A stretch of DNA of 60,175 nucleotides, the filler included, from Sphacelaria rigidula (Eukaryota), in NCBI GenBank assembly GCA_964200075.2. It is 7 parts of 7 records of this genome, joined end to end, with 100 filler letters (N's around TTAATTAATTAA, not from the genome) between each part and the next. Parts side by side here need not be neighbours in the genome. Positions count along the whole stretch, not along the records: positions 43,056 to 51,565 come from CAXNAA020010929.1; positions 51,666 to 60,175 come from CAXNAA020010930.1; 5 more parts are not named here. One strand, 5' to 3'. Positions 50,531-60,175 of this stretch are shown one piece after another. A model generated the notes under the pieces. It was given only the letters and a program-made list of their open reading frames with translations, was not told the DNA's origin and made no database searches. Each line of letters starts with the position of its first letter. Positions within the stretch are counted from its first letter, which is position 1. Made by a program: the position numbers and the translations under genes.

Positions 50531-51410
50531 TGCAGTGTGGTCATGATGTATGTAGTAATGGTGTTAATGGTGTTTGTGGTACAGGTGTGTGCCGTACAGG
50601 GGCCGTCTGTACCCTTAAAACCCATGAAAGAAGCAGCAGTGTTGATTTTTCAGGGCGCCCACTTTCCGAGTTGGAAATGGAACTCAACGACGTGATGGGC
50701 AAAAGTCATGCCCATTTCAAGCCAAAACATGTAATCAGAAATGTGCATGAAAACCTTGCAAAAATGGAAAAGTTGACTTATTAGTCCCTTATGTTCTGTC
50801 GCACCTGTGATTCATACGGCAGTCGTGCAGCGTGACTCGTTGACTTTTCGGTCAATTTTTCGCGGCCACAATTCGTGTGGCACAAGTGTTGTAGTCAAGG
50901 AACCTCAGACGTATCCTGCGATTCGAACGTGCATTCTGTATACAACAAGCATGCCTGAACTGTAGAGTAGATACTTGACGTGATGTACAAATGTAATCGT
51001 TTGAGCGCGAAGCAGTCAGTCCATTGGAACCCATATGCCGCATGCCAGTGCACCACGCTGCGTATTATTTTCTGTATACGGTTACTCATACCAAGGGGGG
51101 TGCGCACATTCGCGTTTCTTCGGAACCATATCCCCCCCTCTCCCCTTCCGATCGTTTCGACGAGAATACGTATCTCCACAGCTATTTCCAGTCAAAGACC
51201 AAGCATCATCTAGTATAGTCTAGAATAATCTTGGGGAGTGAAATACGGAGTTGTCGCAGTTCTCTCCATGCTAAATACGGATTTTTCACAGCCCAGGCAA
51301 CGCCTAACCATACAGTACTCGTATGTTTTCTCTATTCTTGATATTACGTCAGCACAAGTGTGATATCGTGGACAATAACAGTACGAGGTGTAGCAGCCCC
51401 CCCCCCTTCC

Positions 51411-51565
51411 CCCGTCTCGAAAGGGATGCATAGTCAATGGTCAAATGACTAAGTCAAGCAACTAATGAGTATCCCCCCCCCCCCCCCCCCCCCCACTGCT
51501 CCGTCTCGAAAGGGATGCGTGGTCAATGGTCAAACGACTAAGGCAAGCAACAAATGAGTACGCCC
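51411..51565 (+). mobile_element. Two tandem 5'-truncated LINE 3' ends, each followed by C
   Basis: C-run, copy 1 (51411-51472), ~22-nt C-run, copy 2 (51497-51565) ending TGAGTACGCCC at the contig edge. Confidence 0.75.
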
Positions 51566-51665
51566 NNNNNNNNNNNNNNNNNNNNNNNNNNNNNNNNNNN
51601 NNNNNNNNNTTAATTAATTAANNNNNNNNNNNNNNNNNNNNNNNNNNNNNNNNNNNNNNNNNNNN
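51566..51665. other. Artificial contig spacer
   Basis: Same N44-TTAATTAATTAA-N44 block. Confidence 0.98.
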
Positions 51666-51743
51666 TTTCAACGACGATCTGACTCGAAATTTCAAGCAAC
51701 AAATGGCTCAAAACACCCCCCCCTCCCTATCGTAGGATGACTC
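51666..51743. mobile_element. MITE family A right portion (contig edge)
   Basis: Matches 5050-5124 including the TIR CTATCGTAGGATGACTC. Confidence 0.8.
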
Positions 51744-54700
51744 GTCGAAATTTTACAAGTCATCACGTCAGGTGGGGTGAGCGCGTCTCATTGGCTCTTT
51801 GCATCAAGCGCGTATTGCTTGACACGCTGCTTCCCTCCCCCAGTTGCCGTGTCGACGAAAAAACACGCATATCTACGCTGACTTGCACCTATCTCACAAG
51901 AAGCAGAACCGAGTACAGGACTGGACCCTTTCGTAGAACAGCGCGAACAGCACCTGTGCGAGGTAGGACTGGTGATGGATCCGGAGAGAGAAATCTCAAC
52001 GGGTCGGGATGGCAACGGCAGGAAACTGCAGCACTAGTACACGGTACATGGAAAGTTGACAAGGATCGATGACGGCCCGCGTTCTGGAGGTGGTGATGCA
52101 AGGACACAAATACGTACGCGCAAGATAGCTCACCATAGGTCGAACCGCATATCGTTTCCCGCCTCACCTGAGATATTCAATCACTGATGGGTCCGCCTAA
52201 TTTTCCTGAAAACCAGACTTCAAGGCGACGCCAACCTTTCACCCCAAACCCCCCCTCCTCACCCTGAAAGACCGTCGCGAGTCTCAATCCAGAAAAAAAC
52301 AGGTTGGAAATGGCGAGGAAAGGCTCAGGATGAAGCAATGTCGAAGGGGCTACCAGGAAGCGGAATCCTGGAAAGCCTCACGCTTCCACGAGTGGACGGG
52401 TTCCACGCCCTTTGGCATCTACACCACCCAGCCAAGGCATCAAGTATGCCATCCCGCCCGGGCACGCCACGTCCCTCTGTCGCGCAGCGGTGCTCTGAAC
52501 TTGTTCCCCACAGGTTTTCGCATGCTGAGAGGATTTTGACGGAGCTGCGCAAAAAGGACACTTGTTCGACGGCGGCAAACGCTTCGGGAGAGTGATAAGG
52601 CGACAAAGACTGCGTGGAGTCTTCAAGTGAAGAGCTCCAGCAAGTGGCCCAGGTGAGCGAGCCTATGGCATTGAGCGAACAAAGCAGAGAAAAGCATTAA
52701 TATTGTACGAAGGACAGAGTAGGAGATCCTTTTGTGCTACAGCGAGCAGCGGTTTGTATTTTTTCCTTTTCTTTTATGGTAATGAGCAGTAGTTTAGTGC
52801 TGTTTCTTCTGTTTCATTGGAACAGCCGTTCAGTGTTTCATTTTCCTTCTACTCTCTTCGGGTCTATTTTCATTCGTGTTTTCCCGTTGATCATGAGCTC
52901 GGTTATATACCTTGTTATCGTATCCGGCTAAATTTCCTCACCTTATAACGATTGATCTTGATTTTGTTTTGGGGACATGGTCCGCCTTCGTGAATTTTTT
53001 TGCCTCGTTTTTTTGGATCAGAACTTTCCCCTTAGAACATCATCTTTTTTTCTCTGTTCGGTTTTCTGGTCTGGATTCCATTTGTTTTTTTCCCTCTTCC
53101 GTTTTGGTTTCTCTTGATTTCGTAGGACCTGATCTTTTTTCTTGTGTCAGTCCTTTTTTATTTTTTATTTTTTACTTGTTTTCATGTTTCATGAGTTGTT
53201 TTTCCGCACTATGGACCTAGTATGTCCTTTCTAGTTTTCTTTCATGTCTCAGATTCCTTTTTCTCCTTCTCTTTTTCTTGTGGGCCTGGTTTGTTCCTCC
53301 AGCACTATTTTTCGGTCTCTTTTATCCTTCCCACGTTTTCACGGGGTCGATCTTGCTCCGCTCGTTGTTTATTTTTTCCCGGTCTTGTATTCCATAGAGA
53401 TTATTCATTCTTGGTTTTGCCAGACCTGATCGCACCCTTTGCTCCAGGTACCCGGTCCGTTCATCACGTTTCTTCGTCCTCGGAGAACGTTGATCCAATT
53501 TTAGGGTGCCCCACCCCTTTCGAGTAGAGAAATCCATGTCGTGGAGTCAGCATTCTTTAAAAAGGGTGGGCACCAAATACCTGCTTGGACACTGTACGAT
53601 GACAAAACTGTTAATCTGAGACGTAGGCGTCCCCCGGTGTCCAGTAGGTCAGTTGCGGCTGGTCGGTGAGAGAAAAGCCTACGCACTCTCATGAACCAGT
53701 ACGCGCTTTTTTGGAGGTTTTGAGTGGGTCAGCTCTTCCTGCGAGTTCTACACTACCCAGGATTGGTGCAACCATTCAGGGGTGTCTAAGCGCCGTGACC
53801 ATCGGAAAATAGTCACCGCACACGTGGCCACCGGGGTGCCTGGAGGGTGGCATTTCGGACCCTCCAGACCCTCTGCAAGGTATCTTGCCGTGGAGGGTCA
53901 GAAAGTTGACCTTGCCAGGGTGTAGATTGGAATCCATCTCAGGTCGCAGGCACGTTCAACGCAATTGTACCATCGTAGTGGCCACTTGGGCGCCTGGAAC
54001 ATGCCTGAATCAATGTTCCACACGTTCTGCAAGGTACCTTGTGTGACCTTGTGTGGCAAGGTCGGGAACTTGGCGTTGCCGGACCTTGCCGGTGACGTTG
54101 CCGCACGTTGCGGGACCTTGAAGGACCTTGCGAGGGTATACGTTAGGGCTCAATACGGGTTGCATGCGCACGTTGAAGCCAGGTGTACAAGTTACGGGCG
54201 CGACTGATCTGTCAAACTTCAAAAATTATGGGGCGGGGGGGGGAGGGGGGTGTACGTGGGGGGGGATGTAATCATGATCTTGCATGTCATGGTAATACGA
54301 GTTGTGCCAGCCTAGAAGCGGGCTCAAGCTCTCGAAGCAATACCTCATCGAGACAACCTAGTTGGGCCGTGATCCGCACATTGTATTAAGCGTCAAAATC
54401 AAGGGGAAGGCGCCCATCTGCTCCAAACTCTGGGCCAATTTGCTTTCGTTGGTTAAACCCCATGTCTCTTACCTCCTATACCCTACGGAGACAGTGTCCA
54501 CGCCGAAGTCTCTACGAGTATGACACCCCGAACCATATCTGCAGGCTGTGACGACGATTTCTTGTGTGGACATTCCCTTCAGCACGGAATGTCGAGAGAT
54601 GCCCTCACCTTCACCTACTTCGTTATTTATCGGAACGTATGGCGTCGATAACGTTCTCTACCGAAATCAATATATATCACGAGCAGAGGCACGAAATACA

Positions 54701-55164
54701 CTACACACGCGGCCATTCGGCTATCCCCATAAACATCCTCTATGGTAATTTTCATCCTCTCGAGGGTAAAATGACCCTCCGGAGTATAATAGTACCTTGT
54801 AGAGGGTATTTCATACTCAGTTCCGTTCATAAAACGAATCCTCTGGTGGACATGTGATGCTTCAGTGACTTCTGAAGCCTGAATCCCTCGAGACTAACGA
54901 AACAGATGGTGCTCTGGAGGGCTGCGCATCCTCCAAGTTCCTACAGAGGGCGCGCGGCCCTCCGGAGGCAAAACAAGGCTCTGGAGGCATTCGATCCCAC
55001 CCCTCAGGAGGGCCGCGAACCGTCTGGAGGCTTTTAAGTCCTCTGGAGGCTCGACAAGTTGACCGGAACAGAGTGTTTTGGGGGGTGTAAACCTGAACAT
55101 TGCGTCTCAGTTTTTAAGAGTGGTGCTTTGAATTTTCGTCTGGAGAGCCGTGAGTGCATCGCTA

Positions 55165-56659
55165 CAGGCTAGTTCACGCGGGAAAAAAAACAAATTCTGT
55201 CATCAGCAAATGCCTTCTGCAATAATATGCACCCAACAGTCGCATACATGCTACCATACTGACCGCAATGAACAGACGAAGAGGGTAACATAGCCGAATT
55301 TGCTTTTAAGGCTAAAGCGGTGGCGCTATGGACAAAAGTGTGTCCCGACAAACCAGCGCCTTTCATACTGTTCCAAGCCCAAATCCACCGAATCTCCACA
55401 TGCTTCAAATCGTAGTGACCGTCATCACCACAATAATCTCACGGGAGAAACGGATTTGAATACGATTCGAACGGGCTCGAATCACATCCGAAACGGTCAT
55501 GTTTCGGTGATGTGGAGTTTGGCGTCGTCTAATTTCCTCTCAAGATACGCAGGAAAGACCCAGGGAGCCTCGTGACGATTTCCCTTATATCTGTTGTAGA
55601 AAAGCTCAGATCATCCTCAAACTTGGCAGTTCCTTCCGTAGGTATTGATGCTCCGATTGGAAAAAATTGTGTTCTTGGCAAGGGTTCGAATTTTCTCCGT
55701 TATCTGCCGGCTTCCGGGGGTCCCAATACAAAGACCCCCGAAAGGCGGTACAGAATGACTCGAAAGAAAAAATAATAGCACGATGCGTCCCAGGATTGTA
55801 CACATGTACAAGTTTTGGTGGAGAAACTCGAAAATGTCACACACTTTTTCCTGCCTAGACGTGAAATTCACCGTATATGATGTTTTCATACTCAAACCAA
55901 GTAGGTAGGAGCTTGCACGTTTTGAGCTCACATCCTCACACAAACGCGCAAATCTTCGCGCATTTATTAGGGATTATACCTTGAAACTTTGCAGAAATGT
56001 TCTATGAATCATTACGCAAGTTTCGTTTAACGAGTTTATTCCAATTATTTATTTTTTTATCGTTGTTCGGGGGTTCGACGGGATCCAAGCCGTTTCTCCG
56101 AAGTAATCCATTCTGGGACCCCGGGAAACCGGCACTACAGTATTTTTATCGTTTTATTCGCGACCGCTCTGCCGCCGCGAAACCCAAGGAAGAATCCCAC
56201 GAAGTTTCGTGGCCAAACTCGATTAACTGGTGCTTGAACATTCATGTTCCCGTCGAAAAAGGCCCAAAAACGCCACTTTTAAACAAAAATCTAATAGTTT
56301 GCCGTTTCACCGTGGCACGGCAAGGTTCATCGCACAAACGCCGAAAACTCCACGCCGTTTTAAGGAGTTGACACTGAAATTTTGCAAAGGTGTGCTATGG
56401 GTCATTACGCAACTTCGTACGGACGATTTTTTTTCCTACTGTTTTACGGGGGGAGGGTCCGACTGCTTCGAAGTTTTCCCGAAAAAATTGGGACCCCGGA
56501 AAAACGGCGAAAAAATCTCAAAGTAAAAAAGCCCTCGTCCACAAAAAGTTGCGTAATGACCCATAGAACACCTGTGCAAAATTTCAGGGTCTAACTCCTG
56601 AAAACGGCGTGAAGTTTTGCCGATGAGTGTTTTTGTTTTGTTTTTCGTGAACCAGCCTG
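55165..56659. mobile_element. Non-autonomous TIR element (~1.5 kb), TA-type target
   Basis: TIRs CAGGCTAGTTCACG / CGTGAACCAGCCTG; flanks TA / TG; contains an internal hairpin at 56344-56618. Confidence 0.65.
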
Positions 56660-56661
56660 TG

Positions 56662-58435
56662 TCGCGTCTCAGTTTTTGAGAGTTGTGTTATAGAATTTCG
56701 TATGGAGAACCGCTACTGCATAATAAAATCAACCAACAACAGCTTTGTCTTCATTTCTTCGTTTTTTTCATTTATTTTTGTTTTTTTAGAGCAGTTTTGG
56801 GGGGAAAGAACATTGCACTTGGGCCTTACCCCAATTTTATAGCTCCATCTTGATAATTGTTATATCAAAACTTAGCATTGATTACCACAGAGGTATGCGA
56901 ATAAAAATACGCCTTCACTTTTTTTTTTGGAGAGATTAGGACGTTCTCGTCAAAAAATGGCCTTTACCACACTGAAACCCCCTTAGAAAATGGAGAAAGT
57001 AAACATGAACAAATTAGTGATCCTCTGTGACCACGGGTTCAGCATTTTGAGCGAATGTAACGAAGGCCCTCGAAGAGCAGACGTCACTGGCAATGGAGGG
57101 CGAATCGCTCACCACGCAGTACACTACACTAGAAGCGGGACTCTTCTTGTAAAGCGGATGGGATGGGTCTGTAATCGCAAATACTACCGAGCATGGTGCG
57201 AGAGGGCTTCGAGGGGATGTAGGGGGAACAATAATTTGCTCGGACGGACTGAACTGCGCTGGGAGCTTTAGTCAGGAGGACCGACTTGCCTTGAGGGCCG
57301 AGCACTGTCAGAGGTGAGAGATCAAGTATGAGGAAGACCTGAATCCTACATCGCAACACTCACCGCGGGTGTGATGGGAGCCCTCTGTGTGACAGACATC
57401 GGCTCCATGCATGTGTTTTGCGGCGCAGGTCAGCTCCTGATGATCCTAGCTGCCTAACCCTTCCGTTCTGCATGCGTGCTGACTGTTGTAGTTCAAGTTG
57501 AAGCAAGCCACATCTTACAGACTGAAAAAAAGTATCTCTGAGAGCCGCCCTTTCGAACTTTTCATCACGGATTATTGGCGGAATCCGAGCCTTGGCGGAT
57601 TGGGCCTTCTCGGAAAGATTAGCTATACAGGCTAGGCCAGCCTACAAGCGGATTTGTACTTTGCAGGCGAATTCGCATTTTTTTTTCTTAGAGTTGGAAC
57701 GTAAGGTATGGCATGGGCAATCAACAGGGCACGAAGAAAGTCTATCTGTGAGGTCCCGACGTTTTTTCTGTTTTTTTCATAAGTTAAGGACATTTTACCA
57801 AATCCTCAAAATTGATTTTTGACCTTAACTCATGTAAAAAACAGAAAAAAAATCGGAACCTCACAGACAGTCTTTCTTCATGCCCTGTTGACTGTCCATT
57901 CCAAATTTCCCTGTCCAACTCCAAGAAAAAAATTGCGAATTCACCTTTGAAAAACCGGGCCGACGGAAATTCGGAACATTATTTTGCAGGCCGTTTATCA
58001 GCCCACGTTTGATGTTTGTGGGTTGAAACTTTGTGCAGGACCTCGATAGATCATGATGAACCAAGAAAAAATGGTGGGTTTATTTTCATTTTTACTTGTC
58101 ACTGATTGAGGGCGTCTTAGTATGGTAACGACCATTTTTTTTAGAGAACGCCCGAACCTCTCATGAAAAAAAAGTGAAGACCCATTGGTCTTTTTACTCA
58201 GCATACCTCTGTCGTTCTCCATGCCAATCCAAGTCACAATTCTAAAAGTTGAGCTGAAAATATTAGATAAGGCCCAAGAGCAATGTTCATTTCTCCTCGA
58301 AACTCCCCTAAAAAAACGAAAAAAAATAATAATAAACGAAAAACACGGGGAAAGCAGCTGTGTTATTTATTTCATTATGCACTAGCTATTCTCCATACGA
58401 AATTTCATAGCACAACTATCAAACCTGAGACGCGA
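56662..58435. mobile_element. Non-autonomous TIR element (~1.8 kb) with ~60-bp TIRs
   Basis: TCGCGTCTCAGTTTTTGAGAGTTGTG..ATTTCGTATGGAGAA..TGCAT is mirrored at 58377-58435; flanks TG / TA; extra left TIR at 55100-55160; internal hairpin at 57665-57946. Confidence 0.7.
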
Positions 58436-60175
58436 TATCCAGATTTAGGTCATCTAGTGCCTCTGCTCGTAATGTACTAGTTTTAGTATGGAAATTCATG
58501 TGCTCCATATCTCGAGATAGATAACGAATTAGGTAAAGGTGAGGGTATCTATCGTCTCCCCGTGTTCCAGAGAAGATCCACACCAAAAGTCGTCATCATC
58601 CGCTGGATGCATCGTAGGGGTTTCATATAGATTTAGTGTGCACGCTATCTCCGCTAGATATAGGAATTACTAGACATGGGCTTTAATTAACGAGGAAAAA
58701 ATGGTCCTTCCCCTTGATTAGACGATTATAATAATACGATATGCGGATCACGGCCCAACTCGTCTGTGTCGCTGAGATATTGCTTTGAGAGCCTAAATCC
58801 GTTTTTAGACTGGCCCAGCTCGTAAGTCTGTGCAGTTATGTTTATATGAGCCCTTAACGATGTCGGATTTGATTTTCGATATTTTGGCTGCATTCGTTGG
58901 CGCTTTTTTAGCTAAAGTAAATACTCTTTCTGTGACACGGGTGCTTGACCCGTGCAGACTCGCGACCGAGAAAAAGTGAGCCGGTCAAAATTTGGGCATT
59001 TTTCGCTTCTTTTCCCAGTCAGTGAAGCACAGCAGACCCGGAAATCGCGAAAAATCGTGAAAAAAATGTGAAAACCGCAAAACCACCACTAATTTGGATA
59101 TCTTCGTGACGTTAACATACGCACGCCCCATCTGACAAATTTTCAGCATGTGATCGCTAGTGCTCGACGTGAAAACGTCCTGAATCGGTCAACATTGGGG
59201 TATAAGTGGACCAAAAAGGGCCAAAATGGGGTATATTTTGACCTACAATTAGTATTGCAAACAAGTATTTCTTATTTTGAGTCAGCTTCGTCTGCGCGTT
59301 ATCTCTCTAACGAACCCAACTGTAGGATAATCGTCAGTGTTGAAATACCCAAATAACCAAACGTCTATAACTGCACAGACTTATGACAGCGACGAAGTAT
59401 ATGTTTTCCTCGTATTTTTGTCCAGAGGCCGCTCTCAAAATCTCTGACCCAAGCGAATCGGGAAAGTGGGCTAGGCTCCTCTCGGTGGGGTGATACAAAG
59501 TGTCCAAGATGGGTGGTGGCGATTTTCCCTGTTTGGGAGTCAAAAACCTTGTCAACTGTCTTAAAAGTGGAAAATACGAGCCAAACAAAATACGAACCGG
59601 AAGAGACGGCCTACGAACGACGTGTGATGGCGATAGTCTCCGTTCCGCGGCCAAAATTGCGTCAAGTGTCTCACAAGTGAAAAATACGAATCCAAAGAAA
59701 TACCAACCGCAAGAATCGGCATCGCTGCAAACATTGGCCACCGCGCAATGGCTGAACCGAAATGTGCGCCTTGATTGTTGCACACCGTGGACAAAAGAAT
59801 ACACTTTTTGAAAGTGTACTGTGCGCAGTATCGACTATTGCGCCTATTACAGTAGACAACGGATTCCGTACGGTACGCAGTACATGTTTTTTGCAACATA
59901 ACCTTTTGTCCAGGATGTGGATTGCTGGCCCCGCTCGTACCCGTTTTCCGAATTGCCCGTCTTGTGGTTGGTAATGGGGAAGAATCCGCCGTCCTGCGCA
60001 GAGGATTTGTTCTCTCGTCTCAGCGCAGGCTCTCTCTTGAGTGGCCACTTGTATAGGGTGGGGTAACGGTAGTTCAGCTGTGTTTAATTTGTCGAGTACT
60101 TCGTAGATAATATAAACAGCCGATCATCTATGTTGAGGATGGTGCTTTTCATTGAGGATGAGAACCCGGAGGATT

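Noticed and set aside
52734-53527. Hydrophobic Phe/Leu/Ser-rich ORFs as membrane proteins
   Set aside because: A consequence of T-rich low-complexity DNA; no motif or exon structure.

Overview
Eukaryotic, repeat-rich DNA, most likely from a brown alga (Phaeophyceae). That assignment is inferred from intron style, a sigma-like GST and the transposon families; it is not proven. The window is not one locus. It is seven unrelated ~8.5-kb contigs (1-8512, 8613-17123, 17224-25734, 25835-34345, 34446-42955, 43056-51565, 51666-60175) joined by artificial 100-nt N44-TTAATTAATTAA-N44 spacers, so nothing should be read across the joins. Only two host genes are visible, both partial: a 5'-truncated multi-exon short-chain dehydrogenase/reductase (7 exons, + strand) and exon 1 of a sigma-like glutathione S-transferase (- strand). 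Most other recognisable sequence is transposon debris: a full-length decayed chromodomain Ty3/Gypsy element with both LTRs and a target-site duplication (TSD), a second Gypsy 3' half, a Copia 3' half, fragments of an APE-type LINE, a tRNA-derived SINE candidate, several MITE/TIR families, long hairpins and minisatellites. Several kb remain unassigned. The most unusual signal is a LINE family whose ORF stop is followed by ~6 nt and then a poly(C) run rather than poly(A). Its seven 3' ends here all abut C/G runs, including the G-run of a MITE terminal repeat and the tail of another copy, and several are truncated at nearly the same point ~65-70 nt from the end. Whether this is undescribed cannot be established without database searches.
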